A DNA stretch of 64,000 bases from Rickettsiales bacterium (GCA_002724555.1 PBOZ01000039.1:16229-80228), one strand, 5' to 3'; shown: positions 47,225 to 58,269, numbered from the stretch's first letter. Made by a program: numbers and translations. The notes: generated from the sequence alone by a model not told the origin.

Positions 47225-50200
47225 GTGCATTTTCAGAAGTTACGCCTAAGCGGATTTAAATCCTTTCTTGATCCGGTCGAAGTCCAGATCGAGGACGGCA
47301 TTTCTGGTGTCGTCGGCCCAAACGGCTGCGGAAAATCCAATGTTGTCGAAGCACTCAAATGGGTAATGGGCGAAACTTCGGCAAAGCAAATGCGTGGTGG
47401 CGAAATGGATGACGTAATTTTCGGCGGCACGGCCGATCGTCCCGCACGCAACATCGCTGAAGTCACACTTGTCCTTGATAACTCCGAACGAGATGCGCCA
47501 GCTCAATTTAACGATGAATCCGAGCTAGAGATTGTTCGACGGATTGAACGAGGCTCGGGATCCAGCTACAAAATCAACGGCCGTGACGTGCGGGCGCGTG
47601 ACGTCCAGCTACTCTTCGCCGACCTTGCAACTGGCGCACATTCAACCGCCATGGTGAATCAAGGCCGCGTCGGGGCGCTGATTGGTGCCAAACCGACGCA
47701 GCGAAGAGGTCTTTTGGAAGAGGCCGCCGGCATCAAGGGACTTCATTCACGCCGCCATGAAGCCGAGCTCCGGCTGCGAGCGGCAGAGACGAACTTGGAG
47801 CGTCTTAACGACGTGATTGTCGCACTGGAAGGCCAATTTCAAGGCCTAAAACGCCAGGCTCGTCAGGCCGCTCGATATCGTCGGCTGGGCGGCCACATCC
47901 GCCGCCATGAAGCTATCCAACTCCATTTACGTTGGCAGGAAGCGAACGCTGATCTTGAATCCACGCGCGAAGATCTCAATAAGGCCGAAGCAGCGGTAGA
48001 TATTCGAACAATGCATGCAAGTGAAGCCGCAAGGCTACAAGCGGAAATTGCCGTAAAACTTCCTGGCCTAAGACAAGAGGAGGCGTCAGCCGCTGCCGAG
48101 TTGCAACGTCTTTTGGTGGAACAACGGGAATTAGACGCTGAAAAAGGCCGGATTGCCCACACACTCGCTGCTGTTGATCAGCGCCTCAATCTGATTGCAA
48201 AAGATATTGAACGTGAAAAATCACTTAGCGCCGATGCCGAAGCAGCCATTCAAGGATTAGACGCAGAAGTCACCGAAATTGAAGCCGCACAGAAAGGCGA
48301 AACTAAAACCCGCGAAAATGCCCGTTCGGCAATGGAAGCAATAACGACTACATTGAGGGAACGGGAGGCGGAACTTTCAGAGTTGACGCAAACGATCGCA
48401 ACGGCGGAGGCTAACAAAAATGCCCTAATCAAACGGCGTGACGAACTTGGCCTTCGCTATAATAATCTTTCCGAACGGGTCACAACACTCCAACACGAAA
48501 GGGACGAACTCATTGCCGTAGTGGGCAAGGATAAAGCGCTTGAAGATACTGCAAAGGCTGTTGCGGAGGCAGAAAGTGCTGTTGAATCCGCACGGCGGAC
48601 TTTGGAAGAGGCCGAAGCTGCACGCGGGGCTGCAGAGGAAAACGAGACTGCACGGCGGGCGCGGCTCCAAGATGCCCAATCCGCCCGAGACCGGCTCCTT
48701 GCAGAGGAAAACGCGCTGGCCGGTCTCTTGAAAGAAGACGATTCAGACCTTTTCCCACCCTTGATCGACGCCCTAGAAGTCACACCCGGTTACGAAAAAG
48801 CGCTGGGCGCGGCACTCGACGACGATCTCACAGCCCCAATCGACACCGCAGCACCGGTGCATTGGAATGTTCTACCACCGATTGCGATGCCTATACCGCT
48901 TCCAGAGGGTGCCAAACCCCTCTCTGCATTCGTCAAAGGCCCAGCAGCACTCGCGCGTAGAATTGCGACGATCGGCGTCATTGAAACAACTGAGATCGGA
49001 CGCGATCTGCATACCTCTTTACGAGAGGGACAACGTCTTGTAAGCCGTGACGGAGCGCTTTGGCGATGGGATGGATTTACCGTAACCGCCGGTGCGCAGA
49101 CCAGCGCCGCAACACGCTTGAGCCAACGCAACCGTCTCGCTGAAATTCGAGATCAACTGACGCCCGTTCAGAAGAACTTCGAAATTGTTCAGCAAGCACA
49201 TTACGATTCGCAGGATATCGCAAAAAAATCTGCAGCGCAGGAGCGCAAAGCACGATCCGACCTGCAAAACGCATACGATTTAATGTCGCAAGCCCGGACC
49301 GCTCATACCACGCTTGCCGACGAAACAGCGGGTACTCGGTCGCGCATCGAATCGCTAACCGAACTACTTAGGCGGGTGCGAGCCGATTTGTCCGAAACAC
49401 AAGAACAACGTGTCGCGATCGAGCGTTCGATCTCCCATCTGACCGATCCGGTGGAGGCTCGTCAGCGGATTAGTGCTCTGCGTCAAGAGATCGAAAACCT
49501 GCGCACGACCGAGGGGGACCGTCGTAGAGTTCATGACAGAATTACAAACGAAGCCGAACAACAACAATTACGTCTTCAGGTTATCGCCAATGAACATAAG
49601 TCTTGGAAAATTCGCGTAAGCGGCGCACGTAGCCGAATTGAGGAACTCCAAGCAAGACGCGTTTCCGAAACAGAACAAAAAGAACAACTCGCCGCGCGAC
49701 CTAAAGAAATAGAGATACAACGCACGGCCCTAATGGACATGATCGGCGGCTCCGAGACTAAAAGAAGCCAGACAGCGGATCATCTCGTGGAGATGGAAAA
49801 CGGCTTGAGCGAGGCAGATGCTACCCTTCGTCGAACTGAAGCAGCACTTGTCGAAAGCCGGGAAGCCCGGATCCGCATCGAGGCGCATGTCGAACAGGCC
49901 AAATCAGATTGCGACGTCGTCGCCGAGCGAATCGCCGAACGCCTTAAGAGCCGGCCAGAATCGATACTCAAAGATGCGGAAATCAATCCTGATGAAGAAC
50001 TGCCGTCGCGCGAAATAGTGGAAGTAAAATTAGAAAGACTCATTCGTGAACGCGACAATATGGGTCCAGTCAACCTGCGCGCCGAGCAGGAATCAAGCGA
50101 AATGGATGCGCAAATTAGCGCCATGCAGACTGAACGCGAAGACCTATTGGCCGCAATCGCACGCCTGCGACAGGGAATTTCCACACTGAACAAAGAGGGG

Positions 50201-50686
50201 CGCGAGCGGTTACTCACAGCATTTGACCAAGTAAACCAGCATTTCGAAAAACTATTTGTCCGACTGTTCGGTGGTGGGCGAGCGCATTTGACATTAACGG
50301 AAGCCGAAGATCCGCTTGAGGCTGGCTTAGAAATCATGGCGAGCCCACCGGGCAAGAAATTGCAAATCATGTCACTACTATCAGGTGGCGAGCAGGCCTT
50401 GACTGCATTGGCACTGCTTTTCGCTGTCTTTTTGACTAATCCAGCTCCAATTTGCGTGCTGGATGAGGTTGATGCACCATTAGATGACGCCAATGTAGAG
50501 AGGTTCTGCAACTTATTAGACGAGATAACCAAAGCTTCTAAGACGCGTTTTCTCGTGGTAACTCACCATCGCCTCACCATGGCAAAAATGGACCGCCTTT
50601 TCGGAGTCACGATGGGCGAAAGAGGCGTTAGTCAACTCGTCTCAGTCGATCTGCAAACAGCGGAAGAAATTCGCGAATCAGCATAA
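47225..50686 (+). CDS. smc: Chromosome segregation protein SMC
   Basis: 1153 aa. Walker A GPNGCGKSN, long coiled coils, signature LSGGEQALTALALLFA, and Walker B CVLDEVDAPLD. Confidence 0.93.
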   Translation: MHFQKLRLSGFKSFLDPVEVQIEDGISGVVGPNGCGKSNVVEALKWVMGETSAKQMRGGEMDDVIFGGTADRPARNIAEVTLVLDNSERDAPAQFNDESELEIVRRIERGSGSSYKINGRDVRARDVQLLFADLATGAHSTAMVNQGRVGALIGAKPTQRRGLLEEAAGIKGLHSRRHEAELRLRAAETNLERLNDVIVALEGQFQGLKRQARQAARYRRLGGHIRRHEAIQLHLRWQEANADLESTREDLNKAEAAVDIRTMHASEAARLQAEIAVKLPGLRQEEASAAAELQRLLVEQRELDAEKGRIAHTLAAVDQRLNLIAKDIEREKSLSADAEAAIQGLDAEVTEIEAAQKGETKTRENARSAMEAITTTLREREAELSELTQTIATAEANKNALIKRRDELGLRYNNLSERVTTLQHERDELIAVVGKDKALEDTAKAVAEAESAVESARRTLEEAEAARGAAEENETARRARLQDAQSARDRLLAEENALAGLLKEDDSDLFPPLIDALEVTPGYEKALGAALDDDLTAPIDTAAPVHWNVLPPIAMPIPLPEGAKPLSAFVKGPAALARRIATIGVIETTEIGRDLHTSLREGQRLVSRDGALWRWDGFTVTAGAQTSAATRLSQRNRLAEIRDQLTPVQKNFEIVQQAHYDSQDIAKKSAAQERKARSDLQNAYDLMSQARTAHTTLADETAGTRSRIESLTELLRRVRADLSETQEQRVAIERSISHLTDPVEARQRISALRQEIENLRTTEGDRRRVHDRITNEAEQQQLRLQVIANEHKSWKIRVSGARSRIEELQARRVSETEQKEQLAARPKEIEIQRTALMDMIGGSETKRSQTADHLVEMENGLSEADATLRRTEAALVESREARIRIEAHVEQAKSDCDVVAERIAERLKSRPESILKDAEINPDEELPSREIVEVKLERLIRERDNMGPVNLRAEQESSEMDAQISAMQTEREDLLAAIARLRQGISTLNKEGRERLLTAFDQVNQHFEKLFVRLFGGGRAHLTLTEAEDPLEAGLEIMASPPGKKLQIMSLLSGGEQALTALALLFAVFLTNPAPICVLDEVDAPLDDANVERFCNLLDEITKASKTRFLVVTHHRLTMAKMDRLFGVTMGERGVSQLVSVDLQTAEEIRESA

Positions 50687-50745
50687 CCACCCCCAATTGC
50701 AAAAAATCGCGGAAATCCGGCGGCGATGCGTCGCAATGCCGCAAC

Positions 50746-50774
50746 TTGACTTGGTTATAAACGGTCTTTATGGT
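50746..50774 (+). promoter_or_regulatory. Putative sigma70-type promoter for the atp F0 operon
   Basis: TTGACT, a 17-nt spacer, then TATGGT, about 50 nt upstream of atpI. This is sequence resemblance only. Confidence 0.3.
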
Positions 50775-50822
50775 TCGCCCGCTTTCGGCGCTTTTTTGGC
50801 GTCATATCGGTTAGATTGAAGG

Positions 50823-51176
50823 ATGCCTGAGGAACCGCCAACTTCCTCGTTTGAAGAACTCGACGCGAAGCTTAAGGCAGCCCGTGGCAAGCGTCCTTCG
50901 AAAGGGTCAGAAAGTGACACTAGGGCACAGAATGGGCTCGGCATGGCGCTTAAGATCGGCGTCGAGTTTGTTTCGGCGGTCGGGGTTGGAGTTGGTATCG
51001 GGGTATTGCTCGATTACTGGTTGGAAACAAAACCCTGGTTGATGGTCGTATTTTTTCTTTTGGGAAGTGCGGCAGGGTTTTTAAATATCTTCCGCACGGT
51101 GAGCGGATATGGGTACGCAGCCGGTTATAACGCGAATAACGCGGACGAAAAATCGGCTCGAAAGAGGAGCGAGTAA
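50823..51176 (+). CDS. atpI: ATP synthase protein I (AtpI/AtpZ family)
   Basis: Small two-helix membrane protein (GVGVGIGVLLDYWL...LGSAAGFLNIF) directly upstream of atpB. Confidence 0.75.
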   Translation: MPEEPPTSSFEELDAKLKAARGKRPSKGSESDTRAQNGLGMALKIGVEFVSAVGVGVGIGVLLDYWLETKPWLMVVFFLLGSAAGFLNIFRTVSGYGYAAGYNANNADEKSARKRSE

Positions 51177-51184
51177 GTTACATC

Positions 51185-51925
51185 ATGACGGCAGAAGGCG
51201 GACACAGCCCTCTTGAGCAGTTTGTTTGGAAACCGATTGTGCCAGCGGAAATCGTTGGCGTTGACGTTTCTTTCTCCAATTCATCGCTCTTTATGACAAT
51301 CACGGTACTAGTTGCCACTTTGTTCCTTGTTCTCGGTATTCGCCGCAGCGACATTGTACCCGGCCGTTGGCAGGTCGCGGTAGAATTATCATACGAGTTT
51401 ATCGCAGGCCTGTTAAAAGATACGGTTGGCGCCGAGGGACGTAAATACTTTCCGATTATTTTTACACTCTTTATTTTTGTACTTCTAGGCAATCTTCTTG
51501 GCATGGTGCCGTACAGTTTTACGTTCACGAGCCATATCATCGTAACCTTCGGCATGGCGTTTGTTATCTTTATTGGGGTCACGATACTTGGGTTTGCAAA
51601 ACACGGTATGCATTTCTTCTCATTCTTCGCACCGCCGGGGACACCAGTTGTCATGTTACCCCTGCTAGTGCCCATTGAGATCATCTCTTATCTCTCACGA
51701 CCAATTAGCCTCTCTGTCCGGCTATTCGCGAATATGCTTGCCGGCCACACATTGATTAAGGTAATTGCCGGTTTCATACCGGTGCTCGGTGTAATCTTCG
51801 GTGTGCTGCCGTTAGCGCTCGTTGTTGCATTGACCGGTTTGGAAATTCTCATCGCGTTCTTGCAGGCCTATGTCTTTGCGATATTAACCTGCTTATACAT
51901 CAATGACGCGATTCACTTGCATTAG
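51185..51925 (+). CDS. atpB: F0F1 ATP synthase subunit a
   Basis: Conserved RPISLSVRLFANMLAGH with the essential Arg. 246 aa. Confidence 0.93.
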   Translation: MTAEGGHSPLEQFVWKPIVPAEIVGVDVSFSNSSLFMTITVLVATLFLVLGIRRSDIVPGRWQVAVELSYEFIAGLLKDTVGAEGRKYFPIIFTLFIFVLLGNLLGMVPYSFTFTSHIIVTFGMAFVIFIGVTILGFAKHGMHFFSFFAPPGTPVVMLPLLVPIEIISYLSRPISLSVRLFANMLAGHTLIKVIAGFIPVLGVIFGVLPLALVVALTGLEILIAFLQAYVFAILTCLYINDAIHLH

Positions 51926-51981
51926 GAATGCGTTATAAACCCCTTTGTTGAACAACAAATTAGTAAGAAGAGGACAACAAC

Positions 51982-52206
51982 ATGGAAGCAGAAGCTGCAA
52001 AGCTTATCGGTGCGGGTCTTGCTGTTATTGGCATGATCGGTTCGGGAATCGGTATTGGCAGCGTTTTCTCGTCATTCATTATCGCTGTCGGCCGCAACCC
52101 GGCTGCGCGTGGCGAGGTCTTCACGATGACAATGCTTGGTTTCGCGCTTGTTGAAGCCATAGCGCTTTTTGCGCTCGTCATCGCGCTACTTATCCTGTTT
52201 GGTTAA
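51982..52206 (+). CDS. atpE: F0F1 ATP synthase subunit c
   Basis: 74-aa hairpin proteolipid with GRNPAA loop and the carboxylate in [10 protein letters not shown]. Confidence 0.93.
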   Translation: MEAEAAKLIGAGLAVIGMIGSGIGIGSVFSSFIIAVGRNPAARGEVFTMTMLGFALVEAIALFALVIALLILFG

Positions 52207-52238
52207 CGGGTAATACCCGGTAGACCGAGAGTAGGCGC

Positions 52239-52730
52239 ATGCCACAGCTCGATATTTCGACCTATCCACCACAGCTCTTTTGGCTGTTGATCACATTTTT
52301 GGCCTTATACCTCGTTGTGTGGAAAGTCGCTTTGCCGCGAATCGTCGACGTCCGCGAAACGCGCCAACGGCGTATAGAGGACGACCTTGGCAAAGCCGAA
52401 ACACTGAGGAGCGAGGCCCAAGCACTACTAGCCTCGCTAGAAAAGTCACACGCAGACGCAGCAGCGGAAGCCCAAGGTATACATCGAGAAACGGCGCGAA
52501 CCATTGGGGAGGCCCGGACAAAACTCCAAGAAGAGACGACCTCCCGTCTCGCGGAAGAGCTGCAGGTAGCGGAACAGCGAATCAAGGATGAACAAGCTGC
52601 TGCTCGCAATACGATCCCCGAGGTAGCAAGCGATGTAACTCGTGCAGCTGTAGAGCGTTTGACTGGGGAGAATGTTGCGTCCGCCGACGTTCAAAAAGCT
52701 GTCAATGCTTCCTCGGGTGAAGGAGCCTGA
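52239..52730 (+). CDS. F0F1 ATP synthase subunit b'
   Basis: One N-terminal TM helix (PPQLFWLLITFLALYLVVW) and a long charged helix. It is the first of two b-type genes, as in alphaproteobacteria. Confidence 0.8.
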   Translation: MPQLDISTYPPQLFWLLITFLALYLVVWKVALPRIVDVRETRQRRIEDDLGKAETLRSEAQALLASLEKSHADAAAEAQGIHRETARTIGEARTKLQEETTSRLAEELQVAEQRIKDEQAAARNTIPEVASDVTRAAVERLTGENVASADVQKAVNASSGEGA

Positions 52731-52732
52731 TC

Positions 52733-53215
52733 ATGTTCCAAGATCCAACCTTCTGGGTCGCAGTCGCTTTTGTCATTTTCGTAATTGCAGTTTTCAAGCC
52801 AATTAAGACTGCGTTGATCGGGGGCCTCGACGCGAAGATTAAAGAAATTCGCCAAGAGGTGGAAGAAGCCGAAAAGCTTCGTGAGGAAGCTCAAAGTTTG
52901 CTAGCAAATTATCAGCGCCAACAACGCCAAGCCTTGCAAACCGCAGAAGATATTGTTTCACGTGCCAAAGATGAAGCCAAAAGTTACCACGCTCAGGCCG
53001 ATGAAGCGATGAAGGAGATGGTTCGGCGGCTAGAAGAGCAGGCCCGCGAGAAAATCGCTCAAGCCGAAGCTGCAGCCGTTCAAGAAGTAAAATTATTGGC
53101 TGTCGACATAGCTATATCTGCGTCAGAGAAGCTACTCGCGGAAAAACTAGTGGGTGATAAAGGCAGCCGACTTATCGATAAAACTATTTCGGAAATTCCG
53201 CAGAAATTGCAGTAA
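52733..53215 (+). CDS. atpF: F0F1 ATP synthase subunit b
   Basis: N-terminal TM helix FWVAVAFVIFVIAVF followed by a charged coiled helix. It starts 2 nt after the b' stop. Confidence 0.85.
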   Translation: MFQDPTFWVAVAFVIFVIAVFKPIKTALIGGLDAKIKEIRQEVEEAEKLREEAQSLLANYQRQQRQALQTAEDIVSRAKDEAKSYHAQADEAMKEMVRRLEEQAREKIAQAEAAAVQEVKLLAVDIAISASEKLLAEKLVGDKGSRLIDKTISEIPQKLQ

Positions 53216-53319
53216 AACCACGCATATTAATTGCATTTAGAAGTCGAAGCCCTTCTATCGCAAAGTGTTTTCCTGTGATACTTAGACGCCCGTTGTCTGC
53301 AAACGCGATCGTCGGCCCA

Positions 53320-53898
53320 TTAGCGCTGTCGGCGACGATTGAATTCCAGTTCTTCTGGAGACATCTCTAAACCTGCATAAATCGTGTAAGTTGAGGCATC
53401 AATTTCTGGTTTTTTGTCGATTTCCAACGTCACCGAATCTTCGAAATTAATGCGCGATTCCCCTGCTTTAAACTCAACGACGATAGGAAGATTTTGTCGA
53501 AGTATAATTTCGCGCTTTCCGTTCAACACGGCAACAAAAAGCGAAAATGGTGCTTTGCCGTCCTTATTCGCAGGACCTCGCTCAACGCTCATACTCGCGT
53601 GTCCGGTAACGTAGAAAGCTGTTTCTTCAATTTCGCAGGTTACTCCATTTAACTCGAGTTTTATCTGAAAAAGAATATCGGATAATTCGCGACTGGCGCT
53701 CTCTGAAAAGCGGATCAATTCGCTAGGCGCTTTAAGGATAGCAACTTGTGGACAAGCGCGCCCGACCAACTTGTCACTTCCACCAAAGAGCCCACCTTTT
53801 AAGAGACCGCCGCCTTGCGCCGGCCCACCATCGCTGCAACTACTTAGTGTCAGAGCAAAGACGAGTAGAAATCCAACGGCTGTACAACACCGAACCAT
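53320..53898 (-). CDS. Hypothetical lipoprotein
   Basis: MVRCCTAVGFLLVFALTLSSC has a lipobox-like L-S-S-C after a hydrophobic segment. I recognise no family. The ATG at 53898 is preferred to the GTG at 53913. Confidence 0.55.
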   Translation of the reverse strand: MVRCCTAVGFLLVFALTLSSCSDGGPAQGGGLLKGGLFGGSDKLVGRACPQVAILKAPSELIRFSESASRELSDILFQIKLELNGVTCEIEETAFYVTGHASMSVERGPANKDGKAPFSLFVAVLNGKREIILRQNLPIVVEFKAGESRINFEDSVTLEIDKKPEIDASTYTIYAGLEMSPEELEFNRRRQR

Positions 53899-54296
53899 CG
53901 AATAATCTTTCACAGATTTAGAGCATTTTTCATCGCAAACTGGAACGTCTTTTGTACTTTAGCACCTTCAAAAAAACGCAGTAACTAAGTATACAATTTC
54001 TTTACCCTCATGGCTATTATAACAAAGTAGCTGTTCACTAATTTTGCCACAAGCGCACCTCCAGCAGTTACCTTCTTCAATACTCGCACCAAAAATCACT
54101 CTTTGTGCGATTACCCCATCTGCCATAAGTCTTTTCCTTCTGAGTTTGTGACGTAATATGCCAGGGTGGTTTTAAACTGATCTCCACCAGCGAAATTGGT
54201 TCGGCGGGATATTAGGGGGCTCTCCCAATGGCGATAAACAAACCGGCATGATACGTACATTACCCAAATGGAGTGACGGGATTAACCCGATTTGAT

Positions 54297-55259
54297 ATGG
54301 CCGTCTACACTGAAGTTTCCAATGAAGACCTAGAAACATTTGTCTCTAGCTACGGTATCGGTTCGGTCTTGTCGTTTAAAGGCATCGCCGAAGGTGTAGA
54401 AAACACGAATTACCTAATGCACACGGAGGAGGGTCAATTCATCCTGACACTCTATGAAAAGCGTGTATCACCTGAAGATCTGCCGTACTTCTTAAATTTG
54501 ATGACATTTCTAGCAAATGCAGGCATCCCATGTCCTGTCCCACTTCATGCAAAGAATGGCGCTTTATTGGGAGAACTCTGCGGACGACCGGCCGCAATCG
54601 TCACATTCTTGAATGGAATGTGGCCAAAAAAAATTAAAACAATCCATTGCGCAGAACTTGGTACCGCACTCGCCCGCCTACATACGGCCGGTGCCGGTTT
54701 TACCATGTCACGACCAAATGGATTATCCATTAATGCCTGGAGGCCACTCTTCAATGAGTCTGCGGCGCAGGCGGATAAAATCCAGCCCGGGCTTGAAAAA
54801 TTCTTATGGAACGAGCTCGACTACCTTGAAAAAAATTGGCCGGGAAACCTTCCTACGGGGATCTGTCATGCAGACTTATTTCCAGACAATGTATTTTTCC
54901 TAGGCCAGTCGCTTTCCGGATTGATAGACTTCTATTTTGCCTGCAACGATTTTCTAATTTATGACCTCGCCATTTGTTTGAACGCATGGTGCTTCGAGCG
55001 GGACAGCAGTTTCAATATCACTAAAGCAAGGAGTATGTTAGCGGCCTACCGCAAAGAGCGTGATATTTCGAACCTTGAAATATTAACTTTACCAATCGTT
55101 GCACGTGGAGCTGCACTTCGCTTCCTCCTTACACGGCTCTTCGACTGGCTTAACCATCCTGCCGGTGCTTTGGTTAAACCAAAGGATCCGCGCGAGTATC
55201 TTTCAATACTTCAGTTTCACCAGCGTGTGTCTATGTCCAATGAATACGGATTCGATTAA
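54297..55259 (+). CDS. thrB: Homoserine kinase, ThrB type II (aminoglycoside-phosphotransferase fold)
   Basis: [22 protein letters not shown]...[11 protein letters not shown]...[13 protein letters not shown] is typical of the alphaproteobacterial/pseudomonad ThrB. Confidence 0.88.
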   Translation: MAVYTEVSNEDLETFVSSYGIGSVLSFKGIAEGVENTNYLMHTEEGQFILTLYEKRVSPEDLPYFLNLMTFLANAGIPCPVPLHAKNGALLGELCGRPAAIVTFLNGMWPKKIKTIHCAELGTALARLHTAGAGFTMSRPNGLSINAWRPLFNESAAQADKIQPGLEKFLWNELDYLEKNWPGNLPTGICHADLFPDNVFFLGQSLSGLIDFYFACNDFLIYDLAICLNAWCFERDSSFNITKARSMLAAYRKERDISNLEILTLPIVARGAALRFLLTRLFDWLNHPAGALVKPKDPREYLSILQFHQRVSMSNEYGFD

Positions 55260-55702
55260 TGTCTAAAAACGACAAAATCGTCGACATTTATACTGATGGC
55301 GCCTGCCACGGAAACCCTGGACCAGGCGGATGGGGAGTGCTCCTGCGTTATGGCGAAAGCGAGAAGGAACTCTCTGGCGGAGTCTCCGAAACGACAAATA
55401 ACCGCATGGAACTCTCCGCCGCGATTGCAGCGCTGCAAGCTCTTAAGAGACCCACGCGAGCGCGCATCCATACCGATAGCATCTATGTAAAAAACGGTAT
55501 CACGCAATGGATCAACAATTGGAAACGCAACGGCTGGCAAACCGCGGCCAAAAAACCCGTCAAAAACGTTGACCTTTGGAAAGACCTATACGAAGCGATG
55601 AAAGATCATGATATTGAATGGCATTGGGTAAAAGGGCATGCCGGACATCCAGACAACGAACGTGCCGACGCTCTGGCAAGCTCTGCCGTCCCATCGCGTT
55701 AA
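55259..55702 (+). CDS. rnhA: Ribonuclease HI
   Basis: [29 protein letters not shown] and [11 protein letters not shown] motifs. The start overlaps the thrB stop (TAATG). Confidence 0.92.
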   Translation: MSKNDKIVDIYTDGACHGNPGPGGWGVLLRYGESEKELSGGVSETTNNRMELSAAIAALQALKRPTRARIHTDSIYVKNGITQWINNWKRNGWQTAAKKPVKNVDLWKDLYEAMKDHDIEWHWVKGHAGHPDNERADALASSAVPSR

Positions 55703-55979
55703 TGTTCGTATACCATACATATCTGCCACATTCGGCTTTGCGTCAGATATCTCTGAATTGCGATTTTTGGAGTACAATTAATTCTTTTTCCACACCTTAG
55801 GTTCCTAGTTCGAAAACGTCGATTGGTGTATTTATTTTGAAAACAATGTGTTCGGGAATAACAGCAAAGCGTTTTGTCGTAGGCAGCCGACCCGTCGACT
55901 GTAATCGCAAGTGCAATATCCATATCTTTTAAAGACTCGTTGCCTCGCTAAAACTTCATATAGCTGTGGTCCAGTGGGT

Positions 55980-58112
55980 TTACTTTTTAATCAAAATTTG
56001 GGCTGAGCCGGCTTTTCCCACTGCTGTCCTTACGATGGCATCCGTAAGCAGCTCAGGTAGCGGGATGCCTTCCGGTGTATTAGGTCCATAAACTACATTA
56101 AACGGGATGCCATAGCGGCCAAACCGAGCCAAATAGTCCGATATTTCTTGGTCGAAGCGGGTCCAATCGGCCTCCATTCGGATCACTTTTTTTTCAGCAA
56201 GCCATTCAGCAAGAGGTGCTGAATTAAGAACAAACTTCTTATTCACTTGGCAAGTCAAACACCAATCGGCGGTGACATCAATCACTACCGTTTTGCCCCC
56301 TGACACATGGCGGGAAATGGCTGCCTCATCAAATTTCTCCCATCCGCCCACGCGAGTACTTACCGATGTAGTAGGAGGCGTCACAAACAGTCCAACAAAC
56401 ACAGCTGCAATGCTAAGGACCCAAGTAGCCTTACTTGCATGTTGTCCAAGGCGGGAGTCGGGCAAATGCCTTAATGCAAGAATTGCAACAATCAGAGCCA
56501 AAAGTGCCGCAACAGAAACGGCGCCCTCTATCCCCAACTGAACCGATAACACAGTAACCAACCAAACAGCTGTCCCAATAAGTGCCATCGCCAAGATAAA
56601 TCGCAGCCATTTCATCCAATTGCCCGGTTTAGGTAATTGAGTTACAAGACGGGGAAATGCCGCAACGGCCAAATAGGGTAAAGCCAAACCAATTCCAAGC
56701 ACAAAGAATATACCCCAGATTTCTGTTGGACCTCGGCTTAACGCAAAGCCCACTGCAGTGCCCAGAAATGGCGCACTGCATGGCGTCGCCAGAAGGGTAG
56801 CAAAGGCGCCCATCATAAATTGGCCGCTGAGTGAATGTGAATTACCAGCTGAGCCAGCAATACCCATTAACCGGCTAGGTAAAGAAAGCTCGAAAAGACC
56901 GAAAAGGTTACAGGCAAAGAGAGTGAGAATTAGGCTCATCACAACCAAAAATACCGGCTGCTGAAAATGCATACCCCATCCGATTGCAACTCCGGCAGAT
57001 CGGACCACGATTATGCCACCTGCAATTAATAAAAAGGAAAAGACGATTCCGGCCGCTGAAGCAATAAATCCGCGACGCACATGATTTGGATTTTGCCCAC
57101 CTTGGCCGACAACATTAAGCAATTTGAGGGAAAGTACCGGCAAAACGCACGGCATCAAATTCAAAATCAACCCTCCCACCAATGCGAAAAGTAGAATAAT
57201 CGAGAGGGAATATCCGTTGGTTGTAATCGATGAAGGCGAGCTGACGTCGCCGGGTTTTCCTATCAGGCGTGCTTCCATCATTCGCTCGCCATCGACCAAA
57301 GTCACGGTAATGGGTATACCTGCCGCTGTCACAGGTTTCTCGAAGCCCTCTCCACTAATTTTCAGGATCGCAGTGTTACCGTCTTCAGAGAGTTTGATGA
57401 CCGGCTTACCAAAATACGACCCTTCCGGCCCTTCCAAAAAAACGTCGGGCGCATGAAAAGGTTTAAGAGAGGATGCAACGAGCCGAAATTCCACAGCATC
57501 ACCTTTAGACCTGACTTTCAGGTTTTGAATACGCAGGCCGTATCTCTCCCCATCGCCCGGCACCCGGGCCCGATACTTCTCAATTTCAAAAGCAAACTCA
57601 GTGGCGGCCATCGGGCCACTACCAATCGATAGCTTTGCTGTCGCGCTGTAAGGAATACAAATTTCTTTGCATGTTAGGTAATCAATATCCGCGTCGAGTT
57701 GAACCGGTTGGCCAACCTTTGTTACGGCAACATTAATTGGGAGGATGACTTCATTTTCGTAACCTATTGTTTCCAAACCAAAAATCGAAAACCGTTTTGG
57801 TAAGGGCCATTCCATTTCTATTTTGGCCACGTTTTCAGACAATGACCAATCCGTGCGTGGAGGGAAACCGGCATTGCCCGGCGTCCGCCAATAAAGTTTC
57901 CAACCTGGTTTCATCCGAAATTGAAGGCCAATTGGAATAGACATCAAATGGCCCACTCCAGATACGCCCGAAACGAGGCGCATTTCCACATGATCGTTGC
58001 GGCTCCACTCGCCACCGACCGCGCTTGCAGCTCCAGTTGCGGCAATCCAACCAATCGCCGAAAGTAAACCTAAAGTTAACGATCGAATAATTTGACCACT
58101 GACCTTATTCAA
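55980..58112 (-). CDS. DsbD/ScsB-family thiol:disulfide interchange (protein-disulfide reductase) membrane protein
   Basis: 710 aa with a periplasmic N-domain, a central CcdA-like core with PCVLPVL and TPCSAPF motifs, and a C-terminal thioredoxin domain with WCLTC. Confidence 0.85.
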   Translation of the reverse strand: MNKVSGQIIRSLTLGLLSAIGWIAATGAASAVGGEWSRNDHVEMRLVSGVSGVGHLMSIPIGLQFRMKPGWKLYWRTPGNAGFPPRTDWSLSENVAKIEMEWPLPKRFSIFGLETIGYENEVILPINVAVTKVGQPVQLDADIDYLTCKEICIPYSATAKLSIGSGPMAATEFAFEIEKYRARVPGDGERYGLRIQNLKVRSKGDAVEFRLVASSLKPFHAPDVFLEGPEGSYFGKPVIKLSEDGNTAILKISGEGFEKPVTAAGIPITVTLVDGERMMEARLIGKPGDVSSPSSITTNGYSLSIILLFALVGGLILNLMPCVLPVLSLKLLNVVGQGGQNPNHVRRGFIASAAGIVFSFLLIAGGIIVVRSAGVAIGWGMHFQQPVFLVVMSLILTLFACNLFGLFELSLPSRLMGIAGSAGNSHSLSGQFMMGAFATLLATPCSAPFLGTAVGFALSRGPTEIWGIFFVLGIGLALPYLAVAAFPRLVTQLPKPGNWMKWLRFILAMALIGTAVWLVTVLSVQLGIEGAVSVAALLALIVAILALRHLPDSRLGQHASKATWVLSIAAVFVGLFVTPPTTSVSTRVGGWEKFDEAAISRHVSGGKTVVIDVTADWCLTCQVNKKFVLNSAPLAEWLAEKKVIRMEADWTRFDQEISDYLARFGRYGIPFNVVYGPNTPEGIPLPELLTDAIVRTAVGKAGSAQILIKK

Positions 58113-58269
58113 TTTTCACCTTCTTATTAACGAACGGCCAATGAAGAAAACGCAAAACAGGCCACAATTGTACGCGAAGACGGTTGCATTACCGAACTAT
58201 TCAAACGCCATGAATATCTCTATTATATAGGGAATAAAGGTCCCATTGTTAACGAGTTAAATCTGAAAG

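Noticed and set aside
49780-50532. 250-aa minus-strand ORF rich in Ser/Ala/Arg inside smc.
   Set aside because: It lies entirely antisense to a very well supported SMC coding region. It has a low-complexity composition typical of antisense frames of coiled-coil, GC-biased genes, and no RBS or recognisable motif.
50776-50800. A short GC stem (CGCC...GGCG) followed by CTTTTTT between smc and atpI, considered as a rho-independent terminator.
   Set aside because: The stem is only about 4 bp with a 7-nt loop, and it lies downstream of the putative atp promoter. That is too weak to call a terminator or attenuator.
50823-53215. An atp operon containing only F0 genes (I, a, c, b', b), considered as an anomaly.
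   Set aside because: Separate F0 and F1 operons and duplicated b/b' subunits are the established arrangement in alphaproteobacteria, so this is not novel.
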